A stretch of 64,000 nt of DNA from Zootoca vivipara (taxonomy: Eukaryota), in contig NC_083278.1 in the NCBI RefSeq assembly GCF_963506605.1, positions 31,744,001 through 31,808,000 on the forward strand. Direction: 5' to 3'. The position numbers were made by a program, and so were the translations under genes. Position 1 is the stretch's first letter; each line of letters opens with the position of its first letter. A model generated the notes under the pieces. That model saw only the letters and a list, made by a program, of their open reading frames with translations. It ran no database searches and had not been told where the DNA came from. This document shows positions 47,070 through 61,400 of this stretch, in pieces.

Positions 47070-50000
47070 TTTGCTGCCTGAATTTTTCTGTAAACCACTG
47101 GTTCCATAATGTCCCATTGATACCCACACATATCCAATAATAGCTTTGTGCTTCTGAACACTTAAAAATGTTCATTTGAACAGTAATTAGAAATCTGCAA
47201 AACATGTAGGGAACCTGTGCATTTTCAAATTAGGTGGGGGAGGGGGAGTGAGATACATGAGTGGGATCCATATATCCTAGGTTTTTGTTTTTCCAAGAAA
47301 AAGACACTTAGGAGAAAAATTGCCCCATGCATTTTTACTAGTGCTGACTCTAAAACTGGCAAATGACAGAATTCAAACTGAATAGCAATGTTCTCACAAC
47401 CTTAAATTTTGCTGCAAATATTCTGTAGCATTACTAACACTCAGAGTGCCTTGGTCTTGACTTGCTGTTGAATTCTACTAAAAGTGGACAGTGGAATTTG
47501 GTTTGACACTGTCAGTCCTTTTAAAGCAGAGTAATATTCAAAAGTAGTCTGCAGACATGAGTCTTATTAATACATAATAAAAATGGGGAGGTTGCCATGG
47601 ATATGTGTGTGGGGGGGAAAGCATGCTAGCATGCCTCCCTCTGTCCCCATTTTCATTGCCTTCCACTACTTTGAAGGTGACTATCTGCAGCAGGGGGCAT
47701 CTTTGTAGATGGGAATATAAAATTGTCAATTAAATCTGAAGCATGTTCGTTTATCTAAGGAGAGCTATATTGTTTTCAGCACCATAGAAAGAACAATGGG
47801 TCTTATCTGAAGTGGAGCTTTAAGACTGGAACGTTGTGGACAATGGAGTGGGAACATCTCTTGTCAGCTGACACAGGCAGGAATAAAGATCCATGAGAAG
47901 TGGGCCCAACTTCCTCAGTTTTTCGGATTTGCCAAGCAGCCAAGTACTGATGGAGTCACGGGGAAAAACAACAATCCTATCTGCCTACGTCCCCCTCCCT
48001 TGCTCAGGAAGAAACACTGAATGATATGAAATACCCTGTAAATGTGTGCCCTCTTCAGTCATCAATGCTGCTATGGGACACTACAACTAAGCAAAGTTAT
48101 TCCAGGTGTGACCTTACTAGTGCATTGAAAAAAGATAATAATTAGGTCTGTTTTAACATTCTGAGAGGCTCAGGAGCAGAATATGTCGTCATCATTTGTC
48201 TTCTCTGAGTTTACTCTGTGTGTTGCCCCTTCTAAGCATAAGGCCAGCATGTTTAACCCTGTTACCTTCTTCTCAAAGGACCTGAGGATTTCTACTGCTT
48301 TTCTATTAAAAATGACACTCCTGACATTCAACCTCCTTATTGCTGGCTTATAGCTGTTTTATGATTACCATATTCAGATATTAGAGTGTGCCCCCCCCAC
48401 CCCTGCATATGTACCCTCACTTCAATCAAGAAGACGATTCTCAGTGTTCTTAGGACTGGCCTAGTTTTCCTGGTTGCACATGTGGACATTACATCTGCCC
48501 AAGCAACTGGCTGTGATTTGCATGTCCAGCTTAATGTTTGCATCTCAAAATTGCAACTCGCAACACAATAGCTATAATTCAAAACCAAGTTCATGATATA
48601 AATGGAAATGCCTGGGCTTTGTAAAGTGCGTCTGATTTCTCAAGTGATTGACATGAAAACTCATTTGGAGCTCCCATTTATTATTTAAAACTCACACACA
48701 CGGGAAGGGTGATCTAGAGGGCGATTTGCTCTCACAGCAAAATATGTACAAGAGCAATCAGTATGAAAAATGATGGAATCATAAATCAGAAATGTTCACA
48801 AGTATGCACATTATGACTTTACCTCATTTCCCTTAAATACTGTTTTCATAAAACCCTAATGGCTAGATTCAAAGAACTGCTGCACCAGCAAGTAAGGACC
48901 CAGGTTGGGAGATACCAGTTGCTGTGTTCACAGAATGCCATAAATGAAGATAAAGCAGGTTACTGGGTGTACAGGGAATTTATGCTGGCGATAAAGAAAT
49001 GGCGTGGATGTGGGTTGTTTCTAAGTGTTAAGACAGTTCCATTTTCCTTATACAGATTATTTTCAAAACTCAAGGGTGACTCAGAAAACATTAACTTGTG
49101 GGTACTATTACTGTGGGCAATGCTGTGTTTTTCTGCAAGATTCTTCTGGGGTGGGCGGGAGGGAAATGACAACACATTAACTCTGCACCATATTACGCTG
49201 CCAATCTGTCTGCATAAACTTCTTGGCCAGCCTTCCAGAAACCTGGAACCCTACAAAGGTTTTGGACTACAACTCCCATCACTACTGACCATGCTAGCTG
49301 GAGTTGATGGGAGTAGTAGTCCAGGAGGGCACTAGGTTGGAGGTGGTTGTGTCTTGTGTCCTGTGGAAGTGTCGAAAATTATCTGCTTGACGCAGCTGGT
49401 TTACTCTGCCATCCCTGGACATGCAGAAGAACCCATAACACATATATGAATAGTAGAATTAAGTTTGTGACAATCACCAAGTCAACATTTCTGTACTTTT
49501 AGCATAGGAGGAAAACCGGTATAAAATCAGAGAAATAAATTTTTAATATAAAATGTTAAGAATAATCAATTACAAATTAAAATTGAACTTCATTGTGTGT
49601 TGTTTTGTTTTTGGAAACCCTGTAATTATAGGCTACAAGGGAAGAATTCAAAAGTTCTATATTTATAAAGTTGAATTTAAACTATAACGCAAATATGAAA
49701 TGTATTGTGGCAAATAAGCAGAACCAGTCAAATTTGAAAATTCACACTTTAAATAACTATAAATTTAATATATGCTGATGGCTTGAATGGATTCACTGTT
49801 GCGTAACTCTGAAAAACAATTCTTTCCTGACAACTAAAATGTATTACATTTAATGTCAGTCCATGTGGGATGAGGCCAAATGCAACAGATTTATTTCCTG
49901 ACTTTTAAATGTTTTATTTGTACAAGAAATGTGGGGGAAATGCATTGACCCTTTCAGTTAGAAATGGGCTAACATTTGGCTGTCTATAAAACAAATACTG

Positions 50001-53000
50001 TGTAATATCCAATAGGAAATACTGTGTGAGTCCCAGAGACTCACGACAGGGAAAAGGAAACCCACACATTCCCTTATAATTTAAGACATTGTTCTTCTGC
50101 TGGTGGATCCACTACTTTCTCATGGCCTGATCTAAGGTGGGTTGCAACAGGAACACTGCCACCAGACAAATAAAAGGTAAAGCAATTAAGAACTAGGTTT
50201 CCTAATATATGTTTGGCTTAAATGTGGGCCCCAGGTCTGAAAGCAACTTACCATTCAAGTTTATTTCCCCCCCCCCATTTCTTTTAAACATAAGGTTCTA
50301 AGTGTAGATACACTTGAGGAATTTTATAATTGATGATTTTTATGGTAAAGGCCTCTTGTGCTGCATTCAGACATAGGGTTTATTGCATTTGTTTTACTGG
50401 TTATAATGCTAGCAACTTCTGTCCTAATTTCTAACATTCTTTTTACACTGTCATACCTGAGGCATTATGGAACTCTGGGTTTTTATTATTGATATATATC
50501 CATGACATACTAAATTTCATTCACACCAGTGGGTATACACCATTAGACATGTTGCCGTTGCCTCCACCCTTTCCACTCATGCGTGCTTCTGTTTTCCCAT
50601 GATTCATTGTGCGAGGTGTCAAAATACTAGCCAAAGTTGCATTACATGAGTGGTGGGTGCATAATCTATGAAATCCAACGAAAAACTTACAGCACAACAC
50701 TCCTGCGATATTCTGGAATTCCATTTTTTTGGGGGGGGATTTTTTTCTGGAAAAAATTAATATGAAAATGAGTGCTAAATTTCTGGTAGATTCGTAGATT
50801 TCCAGAAGTGGCTTTTACATCATGTGAAAGACCCCATGAAACATTAAAATTAACAGCCATGAAAATGTCAGGAACCCAGAACAGAATGCTGTCTAAAAAC
50901 ATCCTTGGACTAATGTGCAAACTGGACTTAAGCTAACCACTGAAGCAAAATAGAGCAGAAGTGGGTTCAGTGGGGAGGGAGATTCTGGGGTGTGGGGAAG
51001 TGTTGGAGACAGAGACAAAAAATGGATTGTGGTGTTGGTGAGGAAGGAAGGAAGAAGCCGCAAGAAATTGGAGGGTGGGTGGGAATGCCATCAATCAGGA
51101 ATGCAGGGCTTCGGCTTGTGACTCTTGAACACATGAAGAATTTGATATGTGACTCTTAGGATAAATAACTTGCTTCCCTGTTATAGAAGATTAATAACAT
51201 TATTTGTCATACACCCCAAAGCATGACATTTTAAATCTCTTTGCCATTTCATAGTCAAGCAACGAAATCATTGCCACATCATGGTGCTATTATAATTTTG
51301 AGGCTGAGGCTGTTATCTATATAGGTTAACTTTATAGCTTCCAGAATTGACATAATATCATTTTATGAATTTCATGCAAGGCATGTTTCTGGAGTAGTAA
51401 ATCAAAACAGCAACTCCTGTTTACTAGGCCTGTTTCGAACAATCTCTAAATTCATGTTGGATTCAATAAACTTCTTGCCTGAAATATTATGTATAATGTG
51501 ATCCCACCAACTCTCTCCTCCCCACCTTCCTGTAATAGAGTTCCTGCATATTTAACCCCTTCAAGTTCTTGTTTACTTAACCCCTACAAGCTGTTTACTG
51601 AAATGTAACAACACATTTTCATGCATTATACACACTTCTATTTCCTCAAGGGCCATGAAGGACAAGCAATCCTGTTGACCAACTTACTCTGGAGGCCTTG
51701 GCTCTGTTCTGTCAATTTTAACTTTCAGAAATGCTAAGGAAAGCCATGTAGAATTGTATATAAATCAGGATGCCTACACATTATATCTGTGTTTTTCTGT
51801 TTTGCTATATTTTTGAGGCTAAGTCAGGGGTGGCTAAATATAGACCTGAATATATGTATTCTCCAATCCAGAATCTTTGTGATCAGTTGCTGGGGATGAC
51901 CTGGGCATAAACCTATTCAGAATTGCAGCTTTAATCTGCTAATCTTAGAAACACACCAAGTGTAGATCATCTACTTAATACAGCTGGCTTCTAATGCATG
52001 CTACGTGCACACCAAAATCCTATGTGATGTTGCAGAGAGTTCTGTGTTACACTCTCAGTTTGGCAAAGAGGTCTCTTTTCTGAAAGCAGCACACTTGCCT
52101 GGGTCCTTCTTCCTGTGCAAACTGACACCAACCCTCAGAATTGGGGTGATGTGTACTTGACTCTAATAAATAAATATTAAAATTATTCACCCAAGAGATC
52201 CCAATTCTATGTCAAAAAGTTACAACCTGCATAAATTATGCAGATATAACATACTTACATAATTTATCTGCTCTGCATAATTTATTCATTCCCCATGATT
52301 TTGCACGAATTATTCTGGTTCTGCTAGTCAAGAAGCTATTTAGGGCACTGACACCTCACCCACAATCACTGGGAATCTTATTTTAATTCAGCTGCGTCTC
52401 TTGGCTCTTGACATTTGTGCAGGCAAGAGGCAAGAGACACAAGCTGTGTGTCCATATGGGCTAGAATCATAAATGGTAGTTTCTTAGGACTCTCTATTCC
52501 ATATCCAATATTGCATTCTTTACTTCTGTTGTGCTCCTTAGGATTCACCACATCCATACAGTCCTGTCCAGAAACCTTGGTGACACTGTTGGGTGTTTGG
52601 GGCCACTGTCTCAGTTTGCATTGCTCCACCTTACCTTTGGCAGCTAAGCATGGCAGCAATGGCATTAACTAATCAGAAGTGAGAGTAAGTTAAGTCCTAA
52701 GCATGAGCAGCCCAAGTTGTCCACTACCAGGTTAGGTTGTAGTCCTAGATTATGTCCCTGGGAGTACGCCCCATTGAACATATATAGGACTGCACTGCAC
52801 AGAATACTTTAGCTTCGTGTGATGTCAGGGGAAAAAAAATCAGTCTGAATTCTGAACTATAGTACCGGCATGCTTCATTTATTTTACCTTTCCTACCACA
52901 CTGGCTTAAAAAAAAACCCCTCCAAATTAAAACAGGTCTCATTCCCCACTGACAGCTTGAGAAAGGTAAGTTTTTTTCCTGTTTCCTTTGTTTCCTCTGC

Positions 53001-54829
53001 CTATTTCATCACCCTGATGTATTCTTTCATTATTGAAGCTGTATCCTATTGCTAAGAAATGCTTTGTTAATGTATTCATCAGAGGTTTCTTTCTTATTGA
53101 ATAAAGAATTTATAAAGACATTATACATCAATGTGACTCAATTAAGCAGGTATCCTAAAATGCACAGGATGTTAGAAGACACTCAACGCTTACAAGTTAC
53201 AGTCCACCGTAGTATAATAATAGCGTAATTTGTCATTCTCATACAAAGTCAATATAATCTAATGAGAGGAGAAAAATTTGTATCATTAAATATGTACTCT
53301 AATAGCAAAACAACTTCTGCGCTTTTAAATCAATAACAGTTCTGCAAGAAGCAGATTAATGAGCATACAGTGATGTGTCTGAATGGTTAAACTGCAATGC
53401 CTTGCCCATTATGTATGTGTGTTTGGGTGATGTGGGGCGATTTGGGCTGGGTTTTTTGTTCTTTAAGGTTCATTTGTGAAGATTCCAAGGTGCTGAGAAG
53501 AGCACAAGGTGATGATGTCATCTGTCTCCACTGGCTGCTAGGATCCTCTACCCAGGGGATTGTGGCAGTACACAAACAGCATGAATCAGACCTCACCACC
53601 TGCTTGGGTGGAACCAATAAATGCACAGTCCCAGTGTTGGCTCTGGGTTCTGGAGAGTCCTTAATGGTCTGCTCCTGGAGTAGCTCCACCTCCTCCTGCA
53701 ACTTCCCATTCACTTGCCCTGTTCCTCTGTGCTCAATAGGCAAGGGCGGGCAGGCAAATGGAATGTTGTTCCTTCTCCTTGTTCTGTCACCGCTCACTTG
53801 CTCAGAGAGGGCAGGTAAGCAGGCAGCGACAGATGGAAGGGGCAGCTGGCAGTAGATCCCCTATGCTGATACCCAGCAATGCAACCCCCTGTTGTTAGTC
53901 CGGCACATGATCTCCTTGGTTGCTATTTAGCAGCAGCCTCCAAATGCAATGTACTCCCCTCCTCTGCTTTTGCACCCTGGTTCATGCAAAAGGCAATAAG
54001 AACAGCAAAATGATACATATGGTACTTGTTGATTATACTGGTTTTCTGTAGCACCTTACCCATTTTTTTATCTCTCTCATTTAACACCTTCTAACTGCCG
54101 GAGATACTCCTGTTTTTTTTTTTTTTAAAAAAAACTACACCCACTCAAATTCTAATTTTTGCTATATAAGACAGTACTTACTGCCCCTTTGGATAGGAAA
54201 TATGTAACAAGGATACATTATGTCAAAGAATGTCTCTTGTTACTAAATGCACAGGGGAATAAAAGCTCATCTAATTTAAAAGGAAAACAGCCACAAAGGT
54301 TGGCGGTATGTAGATGGTGACTGTTTTTGCAGTCCTTAAGAATGACCTCTGTTAAATATGAGCAATGTGCCAATATACTCTGGCATAATACCTCCGGGTC
54401 CTCATCCCAGTTTTCAATCTTATAGTGATTGCTCAAAGTGGACCAGGTCAAATCTAAGGCACTACACTTTAGAATAAGGTCAGTCCCCATATCATTGGTA
54501 TTGCAACTTAAAGAGCTGAACTACACTTGCACTTCTGATCAAAGTAAGAAAATGGGATCTATTAGGAATGAGCACACTTCAGAACCATATGAAACAATTT
54601 ATCTGAGATTATCTGATTTATCTGAACATTACCAAGAGAGGTATGCTACAATGTTAACACGGCCTCTCCCAAAGTGGTGCCTTCCAGATGTTTTGGACTA
54701 CAACTCACATAAGTCCCCAGCCAGTGAAGTGTCAGAAACGAAGCCAAAAGAGCTGAACGTATTTGAAACTGGAGAAAGAACTTTTTAATTTCCTGGGTTA
54801 ATCTCTATAACAATGAACACAGGCTATTT

Positions 54830-55270
54830 GATTGAGGGGCAGATGGAGTTTGTCAACCTGGCAAGGTAGGCCATTTAGGAGAAGGAAAACTCTGCTCCTA
54901 AACTTCTGTTGCCTTGCAGCCATAGTCATTCATGAGAAAGGCTTCAGGAGTAAGCCCCGAGGAAAAATCTGTACTGTACCCACTGCCTCGTGGGACATCT
55001 TTGGGAAGCTAAGTAAACATTACACAAATCGGGGGGGAGTCCCTAAGGTGGTTGGATGGCACCTTGTTTGCCTCCTTCCAGCAACTCCTACAGCCAAGCT
55101 GGTGCCAAACGTATTGCTCTGCTTTCCTGTGAGAGAGAAGCCCAGGATCTCCCTATACATTGCCCTGGATTGCGCCCCGGAGAGGTCACTTATGTGCTGC
55201 AAATGCAGTGCTTTGACTTCACCCCTAGAGGTGCATTTCATTGTCTCTTGAGACGGACAGGTGACAACAA
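54830..55270 (+). mobile_element. RTE-related non-coding element (probable)
   Basis: TAGGAGAAGGAAAACTCTG...AAAC resembles RTE 5' regions; CAACAACA end. Confidence 0.4.
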
Positions 55271-55954
55271 CACTATGGATTATGGTGACTTTTCTTTTCT
55301 TTTTTTTAAGCCAATAATGCACCATGTGAAAAGATTCCTACAGAATATATTTGACTCGATGAGCTGTCATAACACTTTGCCCAAATTTCCTGCATTCTGA
55401 CTTGATCCAATTACTCATTCCTGAAATATAATTATATCACTATTTTGTATTATTGAATAATATTAGACACTAAGGCAGGTAGGTTTGGAAGAGGCTGTTA
55501 ATATTTCACAAACCCACATCACCATTAGGAAGAGAGCTCATTAATCATTTAGCAAGACATCACCTTACATAGGGCCCCTGTCAGCCGAAACGGAACGCTG
55601 CTGTTTGAAAAATCACATTTTTATTATTATTATTATCCACCTGCTGCTATGCCCAATTTAGCACCGAGCTCCACCACGTGCTCACCTTGCAATTAAGAAG
55701 GCATGTGGGTTTTAAAATTAAAAAAATCTCTTTCAAACCATCATAACTGATCGGAGTTGGATGGCAGAACAATCTAAATACCCCATGCTTTCAAAGAGTG
55801 GCTGGGTGGTGGCATCTGGGTGGTGGCACCTCACAGGCTAATTGCCTTGGTAATATGCCAGCCCTGAGGCTCAGACAAGGTCCTAGAGACCTCCCACCTC
55901 TTCCCCAAAGACCAGTAAGTGCTTGCCCGGCTTTGGAAAGGAGGCAAGAGAACT

Positions 55955-56080
55955 AGTCCATCTAGTGCAGTACTGTCTACGACTGGCAGTGCCTCACCAG
56001 GGTTTCTGACCCCCTACCCAGAGATGCTGGGGATTGAACCTGGGACCTTTTGCATGCACAGCAGATGCTTTCCCACTGCC
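55955..56080 (-). mobile_element. Squam2-like SINE
   Basis: GAGATGCTGGGGATTGAACCTGGGACCTTTTGCATGCA. Confidence 0.65.
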
Positions 56081-56314
56081 AGAACGCCTCCCCACTGTCA
56101 TGGAATTCTACTCAATACTGATCCAGAGCAGATTGCAGCATATAGTTAGCAGAGTAAAAACTTAAACACCCAGCAGAGCTTTACTGCTACTGAAGGCAAA
56201 TGAGCATAATGGTCACATTCAGGATTGGTACTGTCCATAAGAAATCCAGTTGCAGCAGACTTAACTTAAACTTTCAATAACTTATAATAAGACACTAAGC
56301 ATACTATGTACAGC

Positions 56315-56355
56315 TACAGGTAGGTAGCCGTGTTGGTCTGAGGTAGTTGAAACAA

Positions 56356-56407
<52 letters not shown>

Positions 56408-56491
56408 TCCTTCCAAATTCCTTAGAGACCAACTAAGTTTATCATTGGTATGAGCTTATCATTGGTATGAGCTTTCGTGTGCATGCACACT
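56315..56491 (-). mobile_element. Penelope-like pLTR fragment truncated inside its hammerhead
   Basis: Matches 4291-4407; contains an (AAT)n expansion and a short duplication of TTATCATTGGTATGAGC. Confidence 0.8.
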
Positions 56492-58244
56492 GGGAGGATT
56501 TTTTTATTATTATTTTGTTCATACTACGTACAGAACACCACACCAGAAGGAAAAGAGATACAGTCACACCCCAGGTTGCGCCCACTGCGGGTTGCGTTTT
56601 TCCGGGTTGTGAATGCAGCAGACCCGGAAGTGTTTACTTCCAGGTTCCACCACGTGCGCATGCGCAGAAGCATTCTGCGCACTTCACGCATGTGCAGAAA
56701 CGCTCTATCGCGCATGCGGTCTATCACCGCTTGGGTTACAGTGATGCAATATCAAGACATGGCAACTCAGTCAGAATCTTTTCTGCCAGGCAGCTGGTGT
56801 CAGCTGCCTTGGGCTTCGAAGGAGGAGAATGTAATGTATGCAGTTTGCTGGTCCTTATTGAGATAGGAAGTGTGCTTAGGAAGCTTATGCAATTAATGGT
56901 TTTTTTAATAATTAGCTTTAATGAAGAACTTGGGCTGGAGAAAAGAAGCCTTGGGTTGGGGGAGGGGCTCTTGCTATAGTGCAGTATTTTAGGATTTATA
57001 AAAAGCATCTCTGCTAAAAGGGATAGGCAATATGAATATTTAAGGGCCAAGCGAAGGCCAAATATTCCCCTGGCTGTTACCCTTCACTTAGATTACTATA
57101 TATCTATATGAATATTTATTAGGCTGCGGTTGTATTAGCATCAAACATAGCAACATTGCACTTTAGGCTGTGTCAGCGCTTCTTTTCAACTCCATCTGGC
57201 AATGAATAGCAACCCTTTAAAGTTGGAACGTATCATTGAATATTTCAGTCAAGAGAGGCGCCCGCTTTGCAAAATTACATTGTTTCTCTTTTACAAACAA
57301 TCCTTAGAGACTCAGTATCAGACCAAGAGCCTGACCTGACAAAAACACCAAAATGATAAAAACATATGCTTTGTGGTGCATTACGTGCTAAACAGCTTCA
57401 AATGTTTGTCTCCTGACTCAGAAATGTTGTTCTTCTATTGCTGTTTGGAACCTGTACTGAATGATCCAAAAGTACAAAGTGGTACATATCGGAGCCAGTT
57501 CCCTTCATCATCCCCCATAAAATATTTGAAGACCCCCCCCCAGTTGATAGGTATTACCATTCAAATTGTGTGGGTGTGCCCTATCATGTGACCAATTATG
57601 GGGGTGGGGCTTACCTGGGCCCCCTCAATATTTTATTCAAGTTGGCACTCCTGGTGGTGCTGAACTGTACCACTAGGATCATACTAAGGAGGAGACTATG
57701 GGCCTATCCATACCTTGGCTTAATGTGGATTGTGAAACCCCTTTGGGCCTCCTTTAATTCCCTCTCGTCGATGAGGCATTCTCCTCCAATGCTGCTGTCT
57801 CACACTTTCTCCTTCCTAAATCCGGAGACTTCCTGTGCAATCGATGTAGCATCAATGCATGCAATCGATATAGCTCCCCTGTTTGGATTTTCAAAGAATA
57901 TTACTAGTAGTAGTACCAATACTTCTGTTCCAGTGGAAGGATGAGAAAGTGACGTCAAAGCAGCGGAGGAAGAAACTAAAAAGGAATGGTTTCTTATTTT
58001 GGTTTTTGCTGCTGTCTTTCATGGGACATGCTAGGGATGGGGAACCTTTTTCAGCCTGCAGGTCACGTTCCCTTATGAGCAGTTTTCTGGGAACCACATG
58101 CTAGGGATGGGTAAGGCCAGAGACAAAATGGGGCAAAGCAGCAGGGCAGTTTCTTCACATTCAACACCCCCCTGTTTATCCTCCATCTAGGCAACTAAGG
58201 AGCATTTATCAGAGTTCAAGGACATCCAATGAAATGGATGCAGG

Positions 58245-58408
58245 CAGGGCCGTCTCAAGCAGGTCGGGCACCCTGGCACTGAGGTGCGGAGATCGCTCCG
58301 GTGCCCCCGCCCTCGCAGCGGGCAGCACGGCTTCCACGCAGCGCCCCCCATGCCAGCTCGACGCCCTGGCGACCCGCGCCACCGGGACTACACCTAGAGC
58401 TGGGCCTG
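58245..58408. mobile_element. CpG-rich hAT MITE nested in an older hAT-like element (about 58030-58505)
   Basis: CAGGGCCG...GGGCCTG termini, 8-bp TSD GATGCAGG. Confidence 0.85.
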
Positions 58409-61400
58409 GATGCAGGGCTGGTGAGGGGGAGAGTTATGGGGGTTAGCAAGAGAGGTCTAGAGGGTCACATTTGACCCCTAAGGCCTGAGATTCCCTATCT
58501 CTGGGATACATCATCACCAGCTCTGATCCAAGAATGTGCAACAGCTAGGTGCACACATGCTTAGCTCTAAAAGGAAACTAGAATTGAGCAAAAATACTGC
58601 TGGAAGGGGAAAGCAGGAGAGAATTAATCCACCCCTTCCAAACAGTTGACTATTGGGATTCCAGTTTCTTTTAAAGGAATACATATGTGCAGCCTCAGCA
58701 GCTGGATATATTCTGGTACAGATTTCAGCAGCCAGGCTGCTTACCAGGGCAGGGCAGTCGGAACACGTAACATCGATTCTTGTGGCATGGGTTACTTAGC
58801 GGTTTCTGAGCACAATTCAAAGTGCTGGTTTTGACATATATAACCTTATGCACCTCAAGACCTCTCCCCACATGAACCAACCCATGCCCTGCATTCTTCA
58901 TCCGAGGGAAGTGTAGAGGATGGTAAAACAAGAAGGGGCTTCTCAGTGGTGGCTCGCCATTTATGGAATGCTCTCCCCAGGAAGGAATGCCTAGTACCAA
59001 CCCAATCTGTTTCCATGTGCCAGGCAAAAACATTCTTATTCAACCAGGTCTTTGGATCTAATTTTCTGCTTATTTTATTAGCAAGGTTGGTTGGGGGAGT
59101 TGGATATATGTATCTGGTGTATTTCAAGTTGTTTGAATTTTGTTTGTAATACTTATTTCCAATGTTCCGTTTTGTAAGTCACTTCGAGCTTCTTTTTCTT
59201 TAAAGTAACTAATAACTATAAACAACAGCAACACAATAATAAAATATTTGTCTGTGCAGTTAGGCATATGCACATGGAAGCCTACTTTTAGGCACTTTTT
59301 GCACCTTATTCGAAATGAATAAAGGTCAAGCCACGATGCCAATGCCCAGCAAAATCCTCACCACAATTGATGGTATTTATGCAAGCACATACATGGTATG
59401 ACATTTCAATTGACCTTGCACACAACACCCTTCTGTGGGTTAAGTCATTATTCTTTCAGAATGCTTGAGGCTGTCTACCCCACTAAATAGAAAAGCATCT
59501 TTTAATTTTCAAGTGCAAACTCCCTTTTTTTTAATTCCTAAAAAAAACTGCTGTCAATTTGGCACAATTATTCTAAAGAAATTTGCCAAAGCAAAGAGTG
59601 GTGCTTTTGTTGTGGCGGTTGTTGTAAAAGGCATTGAGAGGAGCAGAGCACAAATTCTACCTCCCTCTTTCATTCTCTATGTTAAATTATTATTCATAAT
59701 ATTCTGCTAAAACCCCTAATATAGTCTTCATAATAATATATAATCAATCTACTGTTTATTGTCATTAGAGTAAAAAATTGCAATCTGAGTTTTCAAGACA
59801 CAGCAAATATTAGTGAAACATCATTTAGCCTTTTATCTAAGTGCCTTAGGCATAAAAAACAATCCATCACTTTAAATCAATATGCTATTCAGTCTGGCAA
59901 GTTCCACTGTCTGTAATGTCAGGTTGTTCCCATCGTCTTTGTTCTATGTGTGTTTTTCAACACTTTATTCACTGTGCATAGTGGCAATCAGTGCAATATC
60001 GAAAGAATTATGAATAAAAATACATTTTCAAACTACAGAGATAGGCATATTATGTTTGACAAATAAATTGTTAGGTATATACACTTGCTTTCAGTACTTT
60101 TCAAAGCAATTAAATATGCTCACCTAGAAATATCTAATTATCTTGGATCTTCCTCCCACTTAAATCAATAGAATATGTTCAATCATGGAATGATTAAGCA
60201 TCTAACTCTTAGCTTAGAGAGCTAGCACTAACTTCCAAAACCCAGTGGAAAGGAGAGTCAACCTATAATAATCCACCACATGGCGAAGCTCAACAGCATC
60301 CAAAGTCTTGTGCAAGTCTGGTCATAGGTCAAGTTCTGATGACCCACTTGGAAGTAGTCCTGTGCAGAAAGCTCATTTTTAATATTCACCATGCTTATGC
60401 AAATAGTTGCCAGTAACTGACACCTATCGTGTTGGTTCTGGGTGTCAGGTCAGATGTTCTTTCTCAGTGAATTTATATCTCAGCTGGAGATGTCCTAACC
60501 AGGGGATAGCACTGGATGGCATATGAGCCCCGCTCCAACTCTATGAACTTTCACGTTCCTGTTTTGTGAGGTGTTGCTCCTGACACAGATTGCTTACCCC
60601 TGGCCCCACCTCCGATCTCACGATCTTAGTTTTGCAGTTGCTGCTGCAGCCAGAAATTGCATAGACCCTATTCTATATAGGAATCCATTCATATGCAGAT
60701 ACTAAGGATGGATTTATCCGTTTCAATCACACAAACACCCCCCAAAAAGAGATTTGATCCCAAATTGGACAGTATTGATGAAAATTGTACCTCTGCCGTA
60801 GAAGTGGGCCTTCCAAGTACTGTATGTGCCACCATTTCCACAGTTGTATCTTCCACTAATCTCTTTCTCAAGTGAATGCACTTTTACCACTACTTTATCT
60901 GCATCTCAATCATCTCAGCCCCAGCTCACACATCCCAATGAAGTGCCTTCACTCAGCTACTCATATTTCATAGTGCCTTGAGCACAACAGACTACTTGCC
61001 TATTTCCTCACTCATCATCTTTGTAGGAATGCATTTAGGCACTAGGAAAGGATATATTGTTTACTTATTATCCTTCCTTGCTCATATGGGTGAGCTCAGC
61101 AGAGTACCATCCTTTGCAGCTTTAAACTTGGAAGCTAAGATAAAGTTGATCTAACCTTCTACAGACAATAAACCAAGTTCAAATTGGTGTCTGAGCTGCA
61201 GAGCTCAGACATGCAAATGTGGTCAACTTGGAAGCATAATAAAGAGAGAAATGCCTAGGAAGGCAGGCCGTATGCAGTGTTACAGCTTCCTGACAAGGCA
61301 GACAAAGGAAGTGATCTCACACAGTTATCACTAGCAAATTTTACAGGAAAGCTCTGTGAGACTCATATAGAGTTAGCTTGGCTGCAGTCATTCATGGTAA

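Noticed and set aside
52522-52970. Acceptor-like and donor-like sites near 52.5-53.0 kb
   Set aside because: Stops in all frames and no recognisable product; cannot be separated from chance
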